Of a stretch of DNA of 53,098 bases, positions 44,801-53,098 are shown piece by piece. Source of the stretch: a virus (Duplodnaviria > Caudoviricetes); the IMG/VR virus record IMGVR_UViG_3300030090_000465, positions 1-53,098 of that record; one strand, given 5' to 3'. The notes beneath the pieces were generated by a model. That model did not search any database, was not told the origin of the DNA, and saw only the letters and a program-made list of their open reading frames with translations. The position numbers and the translations under genes were made by a program. How positions within the stretch are numbered: the first letter of the stretch is position 1; each line of letters starts with the position of its first letter.

Positions 44801-45014
44801 CAGCTTTATCTATATCTGCCTGAGTAAAAGATTTAGTAGGTACATTACTAGGTTGAGGCTGTGTAGCTGTAGGCGTAGTTCTTGTATTAACATTTGAGTC
44901 AATAGCTCCAAGAGCTTCTTGCCTATCTTCATCAGTCATACCACCAATTTGATAAGAAACTCTACCACCTTTACGATAGTCTACTCTGTTCTTGTATGCT
45001 CTTTTTCTAGCCAT
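41820..45014 (-). CDS. Q/N/A-rich coiled-coil internal virion (pilot/ejection) protein
   Basis: 1064 aa, recurring LANL/QFN pseudo-repeats. Confidence 0.7.
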   Translation of the reverse strand: MARKRAYKNRVDYRKGGRVSYQIGGMTDEDRQEALGAIDSNVNTRTTPTATQPQPSNVPTKSFTQADIDKAVADLNAGTRTAADLAKEYGVTEDYVNQNLAAINTASGYTPPAAQAAANTQAAPAPAPAPATTSTIPPITDSTIAAIPADGRYTPAETQQVVDALNAGTITSAQAADKFGATVAQVEAELARQNQVADTGTTDIPAPFAGGVQAATRPKLLDRAQQAQMAAVDTATKADGTTAPGAFISDYQRVDPNLLFDDRIAANIDPSTGITADADVEAVSDFEDITAPTGVSTSAFTAAKATVDQAAKAGTVTPANYNAALVNVLNSPQFAQNRNRPPITVDEINQLTERAQAAQFSAEQLKTGLGRRTTDVNLSDAAFVEKVEPRGMTTLSPTKEAEKQTREAITGTSATGDAARITDTIDYESYKRREVTGVAAKDAAVQFTAQTANIPTNLARTIVEDPAKVEAQIDNETPEVIAAVAALPQEALVSSQMETLLAGMESGNIPTWARPAYDAVNQNMTQRGIDASTVGRDALFNAVIQSAIPIAQSNAQALQTRAAQNLSNEQQANLQRSQLDATRRMNNLANRQTAESQSAQFAQNLNVLQSQFNQERDTLSANQQQQVRLQNLQNQQRTAELNAQNEAASRSQNLGNEQQIELANLQIKNQTEQQNMTAENQERLAEMQVAADFLSRNAGFAQQMELANLSSDQQTRLANLTALNQADAQNLSAAQQTELANLNSRMQTNLAQARIAERMGVALLSADQQRAVNNAATVARMDLTKFNDAQQVELANSRFMQTATITDFNARQQAVMQNATALAGLDVATADQRTRLAITQAQNFLSRDMANLSNEQQALILDTQVEQQRLLSDQAATNAARQFNATSDNQVNQFNESLATQIEQFNTSQTNAMAQFNTAEENRVAAVNAGNAIDAAKFNNQIKVQIDSFNEQYDLQREQWNAANAQAIEQSNIQWRRQANTIDTAATNAANQENAAKAFQISAADQNFIWQELRDEAAYLRQAYENDEQRTTTLYATAISNDVGGKGADGISPILDLIKNKVVS

Positions 45015-45016
45015 AA

Positions 45017-45424
45017 TTATTTCTCTCTTTGAACACCTTTAACCTTTTCAAAGGTTCTTAGTCCACCTAGACCAAGCATACCTAGAAGAACAGGCATCAT
45101 AGTTTGTAAGTCAATTAATGGTATAACTATATCTGTGTCAGCTAATGCTAATGCAAAGTTAGCAAATGGGATTATAAGAAAGTTACCAACCATACCTAAA
45201 CAACAAGACCATCCTATAGCCGGACGCCATCCTGCTACAAATAAACTGTTATGTGCTGCTTCAGTTTTATTTATTTCTAATTGAGCTTGTATAGTTTCTT
45301 GAGCATGACGTTCGCTCATAGTTGCTATTTCATGTGCCAACAGTGAACGCTGATCTTTATCTTCTACAAACTTATCTAAGATGCTTGATACAGGCCCAAT
45401 TAATTTATCTACAAGTCCAATCAT
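45017..45424 (-). CDS. Holin (GTA 3TM holin family-like)
   Basis: FVAGWRPAIGW and LLGMLGLGGLRTFEK motifs. Confidence 0.8.
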   Translation of the reverse strand: MIGLVDKLIGPVSSILDKFVEDKDQRSLLAHEIATMSERHAQETIQAQLEINKTEAAHNSLFVAGWRPAIGWSCCLGMVGNFLIIPFANFALALADTDIVIPLIDLQTMMPVLLGMLGLGGLRTFEKVKGVQREK

Positions 45425-45437
45425 AATTTATATCCTT

Positions 45438-45593
45438 TTAAATTGCTATTGCGATTCCAAGAAGTATAACGACTACAACACCTGCATAGACTAATACTCT
45501 ATTATCTAAATTAGAGGGCGAGTCTAGTTTATCTTTAGTGCGTGTTAAAAATCCTTGAAGTTTTTCTAGTAGTGCGTGTAGTGCTGTCAACAT
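45438..45593 (-). CDS. Small protein with a C-terminal TM helix (51 aa)
   Basis: Manual translation MLTALHALLEKLQG...VVVVILLGIAIAI. Confidence 0.6.
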   Translation of the reverse strand: MLTALHALLEKLQGFLTRTKDKLDSPSNLDNRVLVYAGVVVVILLGIAIAI

Positions 45594-45595
45594 AG

Positions 45596-45835
45596 TTATT
45601 CTCCCCATCCCATGTAAATACCAACCGCTAGTGCAGTCAGTAACGCTGTTGTTACCATTCTAGCTATAGTCTGTCCTACTGTAGTTTTAGTAGCTCTCCA
45701 AGAGTCTAGTAAACTTCTAAGTTCTTTAACATCGTCATAGGCTTCTTCATCAGACAAACCTACTTCTTTGAGAGCTTCTTTAGCTCCCTCTTGGGCTGCT
45801 TTATGTATAAGTAATTCTAATTCCTGTTCAGTCAT
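45596..45835 (-). CDS. DUF6127-like membrane protein
   Basis: AAQEGAKEALKEVGLSD...DVKELRSLLDSWR plus a TM helix. Confidence 0.7.
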   Translation of the reverse strand: MTEQELELLIHKAAQEGAKEALKEVGLSDEEAYDDVKELRSLLDSWRATKTTVGQTIARMVTTALLTALAVGIYMGWGE

Positions 45836-45837
45836 GA

Positions 45838-46131
45838 TTAACACTTCCACCGTTTTCTTGCTTGACGTAACCTAGAATTAGGATTCTTAGCTGCTTTTGG
45901 AAACTTTTTCATCTGCCCCGCAGAACGAGCACAGAACGACTTACGCCTCTTTGCGTCCTTACTACCTTTCTTAACCTTGCCCGTAACTGCTGTTTGCAAC
46001 TTAGAGCCGGGATTGTCTCTACGGTATTTAGCCACACCCTTCTTGGTCATACCTGCACCAGATTTAGTTGGACGCTTATGACCACCTTTAATGGTGTGGC
46101 CTTTCATAGACCCTTTTTTCTTAGTTGCCAT
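45838..46131 (-). CDS. Basic phage protein (DUF6321-like)
   Basis: GMTKKG...NPGSKL...RRKSFCAR...RWKC. Confidence 0.75.
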   Translation of the reverse strand: MATKKKGSMKGHTIKGGHKRPTKSGAGMTKKGVAKYRRDNPGSKLQTAVTGKVKKGSKDAKRRKSFCARSAGQMKKFPKAAKNPNSRLRQARKRWKC

Positions 46132-46132
46132 A

Positions 46133-46321
46133 CTACTTATCCTCACTAAATGATAAAAGTTCAATAGTTATATTAGTTTTATAAACATCTAAAAGACCTA
46201 TGATAGCTTCAAGAGGTACACCTCTATCTGCTTGAGTAACAAGATAATCTACTAGTTCTTTAGTAGCAGTTTCAATTAATTTATCTTTATTTTTAGGATT
46301 TAAATAAACAATGTTTTCCAT
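46133..46321 (-). CDS. Hypothetical protein
   Basis: Likely start MENIVYL. Confidence 0.6.
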   Translation of the reverse strand: MENIVYLNPKNKDKLIETATKELVDYLVTQADRGVPLEAIIGLLDVYKTNITIELLSFSEDK

Positions 46322-46322
46322 A

Positions 46323-46520
46323 CTATTTGTACCACCTTGAGTCTTCATCAACATTAATATGCTGACAATGAGCTTTAATGTCTGGGTATTGCGGTTGATT
46401 ATTTAATCTTTGAGCAAAGTACAAACATCTGTCTATATCTTGAAAGCAAAGAGCTTGATCACAAGTTTGGTCTACTCTTTGATCACCTATAGTAACTATT
46501 AAAATAAATAAAACTTTCAT
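46323..46520 (-). CDS. Small Cys-containing hypothetical protein
   Basis: 65 aa. Confidence 0.6.
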   Translation of the reverse strand: MKVLFILIVTIGDQRVDQTCDQALCFQDIDRCLYFAQRLNNQPQYPDIKAHCQHINVDEDSRWYK

Positions 46521-46522
46521 AG

Positions 46523-47023
46523 TTACTCAGGCTTTTCAGGCCATGTAATATCGTGGGGAAATCCTGATTGACTTGGAACATCTCTAAGAGCTTGTCTATA
46601 AGTAGCCCAATCAGAAGACATTGTAACATCTGATAGTCCTATCCAATCTGTTTCAGCTAATAAATTATTACGAGTTAATCTATTTTTTTCAGCAGCATTA
46701 GCATCTAATGTAGCTTGATAAGCTTCTTCATGTTCTGCCTTAGTTGTTGTCACACCATCAACAGTAGTGTCAGCAAACATATCTTGCTCAATCCAAGCCT
46801 GTACCCATTGGTCTTTAGCATTTTGCTCAACACCATTTCGTACAACTTTTTTATAAGCTCCGCTTGGTGTAGGTTGTGGAGTTTCAAAAACTACGTCAAC
46901 TCCTAAAGTTTCATATACACCCTCTCCCCATACTTTAGGCATAGACATATTTTTATTAGCTGCTATAAGTTCTTCTTTAGTTTTTATACTTCCGTCTGAT
47001 TTAAGACGATATTCATTTGCCAT
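46523..47023 (-). CDS. Tail fibre assembly chaperone
   Basis: RNNLLAETDW...YRQALRDVP...WPEKP. Confidence 0.85.
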   Translation of the reverse strand: MANEYRLKSDGSIKTKEELIAANKNMSMPKVWGEGVYETLGVDVVFETPQPTPSGAYKKVVRNGVEQNAKDQWVQAWIEQDMFADTTVDGVTTTKAEHEEAYQATLDANAAEKNRLTRNNLLAETDWIGLSDVTMSSDWATYRQALRDVPSQSGFPHDITWPEKPE

Positions 47024-47032
47024 TGTTGTCTC

Positions 47033-49030
47033 CTACGAAAAAGCTAAAAATATATATGTGCCAGAGGTGAAGCTGGATGTTAGGGTAAATCCTGACGAAA
47101 GCGGGTCTATATAATCTGTATTTGTAGTCTCTGCATTATCCTTATTATTTACAAGAAAATAAGGATCATTACCACTTACAATGCCTCTTGCTGTATCCCA
47201 GACATACCAATCACCTGTTGAATCATAACGCTTCACCATTACCCATCTAGCTCCGCTACTAAATCCGCAATCCACATCAGTTGAACCAGAATGAGATACT
47301 GAGCCGACTTTTGATACTCCGGCTAATGTAGCAAATAATTGTACAGACGTAGGTTCAGTAGCAGCATTATTAAGATATTGATTTAAAGTAAATTGTGTTG
47401 AAGAGACTGATCCAAAATGCCCTGAATAATCAGCAAAAGCACTATTAGCATTTAGTCGTAAATATCCTTCAGAAGACCCTTGTGAACTATGATAAACGTA
47501 CCAATCTTTACCAAAACTACTACCACTATAAGATATATATTTCATAATTATCATTTCAGGAGTAACACCTAAAGCATGATCATGTGTTTTTGCTCCTGAA
47601 CCAGTTCCATACACTATATGATGAGCAAAAACTTTTGGAGCTGTCTTAAATGCGTAACTTATTGAAGTAGTGTCATCAATATATGTACTACTAAATTTAT
47701 TTTGTTCCTCACTAAAAACAAATGCGTTAGCAGTATCTCCAAAAGTACCATTACTATTTAGAGATGCTCCTCTGTTATAACCAATTTGTCTAGAATACAT
47801 ATATCTTTCGTTGCCAGAATTTTGAGTTTGTCTAAGTATCCAAGCAACATCAACATTAAAACCTGCACTATGGGTATCATTACTAGAATTTGTATTTTTT
47901 AAACGTGAAAATACTTCAGTACCGGCTTCAGGTGTTTTCATTCTGCCTCTAATTGCCATGTAAACATAAGTTGAGCCAGAATTACTTACATTTGACTCAT
48001 TCATAACAAAGCCTGTACTTGTTAATCTACCTCTGTATGAATTGTTATCTTCATCTTCGTTTGAGTTCCAAAACAATGTATGTTGGTCATATCCTGTTCC
48101 TGTCCATTGTCTTGTAGTATCAAAAATATTCCAAGAATTAGCCTGAGAATTTCCTGAATCATTACCAGTACTTCTTTTTATCATTAACCATTGTGGTTCA
48201 AATCCAACATCTACCGTTACATCTGTTGTACCATTTCCATTATAATAACCACACTTTATAATAGCTTCATCGCCATCATCACCAAAAATTTGACTATCTG
48301 AATCACCTTGACCTGCAAATAAATACGCAATATAGGTTGCCCCATTTTGATTTGTATCATCAACCCGACTTCCCTGACCTAAAGTAAAATTACTAGCGTT
48401 CCCATTTGCATCGTAAAATGCCGCATTATCACCACCAGTGTTAGTAAAAGCTGCGTCAGTATTTAGAACACCGTAGCTATAACTAAGTTGACTATATCTG
48501 TGCCAAACTCTCCAAGCAGCACTAGAATCTGTTCGCTTTACCATAATCATTCCGGGTTTACACCCAAGATTGTGACTTATCGTTCTAGCTGAACTGCCAT
48601 TGCCAGTGTAAGTAACAATATCAAAAAATCCTTCTTGTTTAAGAAATGTCCAAGCTACCATATTTTCATTATTATTATTTGCAGCAGCAGCATAATTATC
48701 ACCAACTGTAAAACCATTTGAATTAAATTGATAAAGTCCTGCTGTTCCACCACCGCCTGAATCGTCTTGATTACCTCCTGTCGCATTTGAAATTAACGCT
48801 TTTTGAACACCTCTTTCAGTATCATAAAGACTATTACTTCCACTTGTACTTCTAGGTTTTGCCCAAACAAGCCCACCTGTACCTGACAAATCCATTCCAT
48901 TATTTATAGATTGTGTAGTAGAACCATTACCTTTATAAAGATGTATGTTAAAAACATCTTCTACATAAACTGGATCACCACCGGCAGAACCCGCAGCAGC
49001 GTGTAATAATTTTTTAGCTGATCCTGACAT
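47033..49030 (-). CDS. Tail/receptor-binding structural protein with internal beta repeats
   Basis: Repeated YTGNG / H.LG..P.MIMVKR / W.V. modules; flanked by fibre and chaperone genes. Confidence 0.7.
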   Translation of the reverse strand: MSGSAKKLLHAAAGSAGGDPVYVEDVFNIHLYKGNGSTTQSINNGMDLSGTGGLVWAKPRSTSGSNSLYDTERGVQKALISNATGGNQDDSGGGGTAGLYQFNSNGFTVGDNYAAAANNNNENMVAWTFLKQEGFFDIVTYTGNGSSARTISHNLGCKPGMIMVKRTDSSAAWRVWHRYSQLSYSYGVLNTDAAFTNTGGDNAAFYDANGNASNFTLGQGSRVDDTNQNGATYIAYLFAGQGDSDSQIFGDDGDEAIIKCGYYNGNGTTDVTVDVGFEPQWLMIKRSTGNDSGNSQANSWNIFDTTRQWTGTGYDQHTLFWNSNEDEDNNSYRGRLTSTGFVMNESNVSNSGSTYVYMAIRGRMKTPEAGTEVFSRLKNTNSSNDTHSAGFNVDVAWILRQTQNSGNERYMYSRQIGYNRGASLNSNGTFGDTANAFVFSEEQNKFSSTYIDDTTSISYAFKTAPKVFAHHIVYGTGSGAKTHDHALGVTPEMIIMKYISYSGSSFGKDWYVYHSSQGSSEGYLRLNANSAFADYSGHFGSVSSTQFTLNQYLNNAATEPTSVQLFATLAGVSKVGSVSHSGSTDVDCGFSSGARWVMVKRYDSTGDWYVWDTARGIVSGNDPYFLVNNKDNAETTNTDYIDPLSSGFTLTSSFTSGTYIFLAFS

Positions 49031-49036
49031 ACTATT

Positions 49037-50095
49037 TTATCCCATTGCTTGTCCGGCAGTAAAGCCGTACCAAATTGTACCACCATCATTAGTTAAAAAT
49101 ACAAATACATCAACTCCTGCATTTGTTGCAGTTAATGTAGGTGCAGTTGCAGAAGGCCAATCAACTGTTCCGGGCCAAGTAATTGTTCTAGCTGATGAAT
49201 CTTGAACTATTTTTAGTGTCCATATACACGCTTCAGTAGGAGGATTACTAAATGTAAAAGTAGTATTTTCAGTAAGAGTATGTAAAAAATTTGTACCATC
49301 TCTTAGATTTACAGTAGTTGCATTAGAGGAAGATGTTACAGTTACAGCTTCTTCATGTATACCACCTGTAAATCTTACAACATTATTAGCATCTGCTGAT
49401 ACAACTTTAGAAGCTGCTGTGCTTCCTAGTGTTGCTAAATCTAAATAGTTTAGCTCTGCTGTAGTTGCTGTAACCCCATCAAGAATGTTAAGTTCTGTTG
49501 CAGTACTTGTAACCCCATCAAGTATATTAAGTTCTGCTGTAGTTGATGTTACCCCATCTAATATGTTAAGTTCTGCTGCGGTACTTGTAACTGCTGTGCT
49601 GCCTATTACAAGTCCATCTTGAGGTACAACTACTCTAGCAGCACCACCTAAAATTAAATCATCGGCTGATGTATCCCACAACATATAAGCACTTGCTGTG
49701 TCTCCAAAAAACTTAACATCATATCCTGTATCATCTTCACCTACAGTAACAGTATTATCTATTTGTACTGCACCATCTATATCTACAGCATCAAGATTTG
49801 TTGTGCCATCTATATCTGCATTACCTGAAATGTCTAGAGTTGCAGCATCTAACTCGCCTGTAAGAGTTACATTTCTAAAACTTGCAATGTCTTTATTAGA
49901 ATCAACTACAACAGCTTTACTAGCTACAACTGTTCCTGCTGTAGAACCATCTATTAAATTTAATTCTGTAGCTGTAGCTGTAACTGCAACATCTTCATTA
50001 ATCTTAGGAGATGTTAATGTTTTATTAGTTAATGTATCTGTACTCGAATCTGTAACAAGATTAGAAGGAGGTAGAATATCTGATAAGTTAGCCAT
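49037..50095 (-). CDS. Second tail fibre protein
   Basis: TDTLTNKTLTSP and LDGVTSTTAELNI repeats shared with the long fibre. Confidence 0.78.
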   Translation of the reverse strand: MANLSDILPPSNLVTDSSTDTLTNKTLTSPKINEDVAVTATATELNLIDGSTAGTVVASKAVVVDSNKDIASFRNVTLTGELDAATLDISGNADIDGTTNLDAVDIDGAVQIDNTVTVGEDDTGYDVKFFGDTASAYMLWDTSADDLILGGAARVVVPQDGLVIGSTAVTSTAAELNILDGVTSTTAELNILDGVTSTATELNILDGVTATTAELNYLDLATLGSTAASKVVSADANNVVRFTGGIHEEAVTVTSSSNATTVNLRDGTNFLHTLTENTTFTFSNPPTEACIWTLKIVQDSSARTITWPGTVDWPSATAPTLTATNAGVDVFVFLTNDGGTIWYGFTAGQAMG

Positions 50096-50098
50096 AGT

Positions 50099-50389
50099 TT
50101 ATGCCTCCGGCTTTGTAGGCCAATCGCTATCTTCTAAGTTAGGCCAGTTGCTATGAGTCGGTAAGTCTCTTAATGCTTGCCGATACGTTTTCCAGTTATC
50201 AGCCATAGTTACATCTGAATTAGCCATCCAATCTGTTTCTGCTAATAATTCATTTCTTGTTTTTCTATGTTTAACAGCCATTCTATCATCCGCTTCTGCT
50301 TCCCATTTTGCTTCCGCAGCATCCCATTCAGCTTCTTCTTCAGCAGTAAAAGGAATATTTCCATTAGCTGTTGCGTGATGTCTACTCAT
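50099..50389 (-). CDS. Tail fibre assembly chaperone
   Basis: RNELLAETDW...YRQALRDLP...WPTKP. Confidence 0.85.
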   Translation of the reverse strand: MSRHHATANGNIPFTAEEEAEWDAAEAKWEAEADDRMAVKHRKTRNELLAETDWMANSDVTMADNWKTYRQALRDLPTHSNWPNLEDSDWPTKPEA

Positions 50390-53098
50390 GATTTTGCCAC
50401 TCCATATAATCTAAAGTTACCAGATGTAATATTGCCTGTACTGCTTTTAAATCTTACTCCTGTTACTGCGCCTCCATTTGCATCTATTCCATGAGAAAAA
50501 CCACCTTGGGATTCACCACCTGCGTTCTTTGCACTACCATAACAGTATGCAGGTGTAGCTCTGCCTGTATCATGCACATTAGAAAGAGTTACTTTAAACT
50601 GACCAACTTCGTTATAAGCATTTCCTAAATAACGCGCTACCATTATATAACTTGTTGTACCACCTGTATTTTCAATACTTATACTACTTGAGCTGTGATA
50701 GTTATATACATAAACTGTATTATAACTTGACGATGACGATTGATATGATCCCCCAATTTTATATTGCATATATAAATCTGTTCCATCAGTAGCAGGAACA
50801 TAATCACTAATCATAATAATGTAATCATCATAAGTGCTGTCAAAAGTGGTTTCTAAATCTACTGTTGCTGAATTAGATGCGGTTACTGTAGATAAAACTT
50901 GCATACCACTAGTACCACCAGCAGCAGCATTTTCCCAAGCTACTCCGCTTCCTGTTGAGGTTAATACTTGTCCATCACTGCCTTGCGCTCCACCGATTGT
51001 AAGGTTATCTGTTTCTAGTGTTCCATCAACATCTACATTACCAGATATATCTAATGAAGCAGCATCAACTTCTCCAGTTACAGTAATGCTATCTACATAA
51101 GCATCTTTCCATCTAACTGATGAAGAACCTAAATCAACATCACTGTCTGATTGTGGGCCAAATATATTATCGCCAAGATAAACTTGTTCTACATTGTTAG
51201 CGTAGAAGTGTATTTCATCTGCTGTTTCAAAATCAATCTTAGTTTCATCGTCTTCACCAATCTTTATGTCAGTTGCAAGTAATGAAGTGATTCCTGTTTG
51301 TGCTGCGTCTACTGTAAAAGTTAAATCATACGGATCACCATCTGTACCATTATCCGTATCTGTCCAGTTTGTAGTTATTCCTGAACCAATAAATTTTACT
51401 TCTTTAGCATTAGAAACAGTAACTTCTGTACCATCATCATCTTCAAGAACAAACTCTGTACTGTCAACCTGAGAGTCTACATAAGCTTTAATAGATTGTT
51501 GTGTGGCTAATTTAGTTGCTGAATTAGAAGCCATGTTATCTTCATCAAGAACTGCTGTACCACTAACACCTGTATTTAAAACAGCACTTGTTAATGTTTT
51601 ATTTGTAAGAGTTTGTGTTGCTGTTGTATTTACAGCAGTACCACCCTTACCACCAACCTGTGCGTAAACTCTCCAAGTGCTTCCATTATAAACAAATTGA
51701 ACACTAACACCAGTTATATCTAATACAAGATTAGCAGCAGTACCATCAATAGTTTCACCATTACGAGCAACAGTTAAATTATTAGTACCAAAAGCATCAC
51801 CGGAATCAGCAACAATAACTTGCGCTCCGGCTGATGGTGAGGCAGGTAAAGTAACTGTAAATGCTCCACCACTAGTATTAGCAAGAACACCTTCTAAATC
51901 TTGAGTTGTATAATTTGCAGTTTTAGTAACATAAGTTACGCCACTTGCTGCGGGTGCAGCCCAAGAAATATCAGTACCATCAGATGTTAAAACTGTACTA
52001 GCACTACCTTTAGTAAGAAGTGCTGTTGCTCCACTAGAATTTCCATAAATTAAAGAACCTCTAGAAACTGCATCAAGTATATTAAGTTCAGCAGTAGAGC
52101 TTGTAACTCCATCAAGAATGTTTAATTCTGCTGCTGTACTTGTAACGCCATCAAGAATGTTTAGTTCAGCAGCAGTAGACGTTACGCCATCCAAAATATT
52201 AAGTTCTGCTGTAGTAGCTGTTACGCCATCAAGAAGATTAATTTCGGTAGCTGTTGCAGATACTGCTACATCTTCATTAATTTTAGGAGATGTCAGTGTT
52301 TTATTAGTAAGAGTATCTGTAGATACACGGGATACTAATGTTGAATTAGCACCTGCGGGTAACATTAAATTATTAGTAACCCCTGCTGAATGAGGTTGTG
52401 CATAAACTTTTTGACCATGACTATTATTTTCACAATTAAATACTATTGCACCTGAGTTAGTATTCCCTCTAACTACAACTGTACCTGTACCATTTGGTGC
52501 TAAATCAAGAGTAGCATTAGAAGTTGTAACAATGTCTTGACCGTTTAAATCTAAGTCACCACCTAGCTGTGGTGTAGAATCATCTGCTACATTTGAAATA
52601 GCTCCTGATGAAGCTAGTCCTGAAACCAATGTGCTTCTTGCAATTTTCTTTAGTCCACCACCAGAAGTATCTACTGCAAGTAATACATCATCATTAGCTA
52701 CTGTAGATATTTCTGACAAATCTCCTACTGCTGTAGGATTAAAGTTAGTACCGTCTGCTATTAGTAAATGTCCAGATGTATTAGTACCCATTGTAAGATC
52801 ATCACCACTAATAGTAAGATCGCCTGATATAGTAAGATTTCTTATACCTGTATAATCTTTATTAGAATCTAATACAACTGCTTTAGAAGCTATGGCTGTT
52901 CCTACTGCGGTACTACCTAAGTCTAAATAATTTAATTCTCCTACAACTGCGGTAACACCATCTAAAGTGTTAAGCTCTGCTGCTGTACTCGTTACTCCAT
53001 CAAGTATATTAAGTTCTGCTGCGGTGCTTGTAACACCATCAAGTATGTTAAGTTCTGCTGTGGTAGCTGTTACACCATCAAGAAGATTTAATTCTGCT
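50386..53098 (-). CDS. Long tail fibre protein, C-terminal part (joined with 1..1194 it is about 1175 aa)
   Basis: Frame open from the window end to the stop at 50386; PQLGGDLD, TLTNKTLT and 13-aa repeats. Confidence 0.85.
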   Translation of the reverse strand, partial: AELNLLDGVTATTAELNILDGVTSTAAELNILDGVTSTAAELNTLDGVTAVVGELNYLDLGSTAVGTAIASKAVVLDSNKDYTGIRNLTISGDLTISGDDLTMGTNTSGHLLIADGTNFNPTAVGDLSEISTVANDDVLLAVDTSGGGLKKIARSTLVSGLASSGAISNVADDSTPQLGGDLDLNGQDIVTTSNATLDLAPNGTGTVVVRGNTNSGAIVFNCENNSHGQKVYAQPHSAGVTNNLMLPAGANSTLVSRVSTDTLTNKTLTSPKINEDVAVSATATEINLLDGVTATTAELNILDGVTSTAAELNILDGVTSTAAELNILDGVTSSTAELNILDAVSRGSLIYGNSSGATALLTKGSASTVLTSDGTDISWAAPAASGVTYVTKTANYTTQDLEGVLANTSGGAFTVTLPASPSAGAQVIVADSGDAFGTNNLTVARNGETIDGTAANLVLDITGVSVQFVYNGSTWRVYAQVGGKGGTAVNTTATQTLTNKTLTSAVLNTGVSGTAVLDEDNMASNSATKLATQQSIKAYVDSQVDSTEFVLEDDDGTEVTVSNAKEVKFIGSGITTNWTDTDNGTDGDPYDLTFTVDAAQTGITSLLATDIKIGEDDETKIDFETADEIHFYANNVEQVYLGDNIFGPQSDSDVDLGSSSVRWKDAYVDSITVTGEVDAASLDISGNVDVDGTLETDNLTIGGAQGSDGQVLTSTGSGVAWENAAAGGTSGMQVLSTVTASNSATVDLETTFDSTYDDYIIMISDYVPATDGTDLYMQYKIGGSYQSSSSSYNTVYVYNYHSSSSISIENTGGTTSYIMVARYLGNAYNEVGQFKVTLSNVHDTGRATPAYCYGSAKNAGGESQGGFSHGIDANGGAVTGVRFKSSTGNITSGNFRLYGVAKS
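52720..53098. repeat. Imperfect terminal direct repeat (copy 2) of 1..379
   Basis: Manual alignment, about 96% identity. Confidence 0.9.

Noticed and set aside
47033-53098. Diversity-generating retroelement acting on the tail fibres
   Set aside because: No reverse transcriptase; the differences between repeat copies are synonymous third-position changes, not the non-synonymous pattern of a variable repeat
1-53098. Alternative genetic code or stop-codon reassignment
   Set aside because: Core genes are full length under the standard code and the tRNA has a normal GUA anticodon

Overview
The window is an essentially complete, circularly permuted genome (about 52.7 kb unique) of an AT-rich podovirus-type phage. 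It has a T7-like replication module but no phage RNA polymerase, and is probably marine with a proteobacterial host (inference). Two divergent arms start from back-to-back perfect sigma70 promoters at about 13.3 kb. The + strand early/replication arm (14.0-30.7 kb) carries small early genes, tRNA-Tyr, an HhH glycosylase-like gene, DUF932, SSB, primase-helicase, PolA, nucleases and class Ia RNR. The - strand late arm runs 13260->1 and continues 53098->30697: terminase, portal, scaffold, capsid, tail tube proteins, tail fibres, ejection proteins and lysis genes. Two features of the late arm stand out. One is a 23-codon pqqA (PQQ precursor peptide, [23 protein letters not shown]), missed by the ORF track, with a strong RBS directly behind the capsid gene. 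The other is a secreted heme-c (CxxCH) plus PHM/DBH-like type II copper monooxygenase followed by two paralogous lipoproteins, next to the endolysin. Also seen: a shared [FY]xxGG motif in several virion-associated proteins, a structured leader upstream of the scaffold gene, three related long hairpins in the early region, a gene overprinted on the portal C-terminus, and allelic (almost all synonymous) differences between the two overlapping contig ends. All annotations come from motif recognition by eye; no database searches were run.
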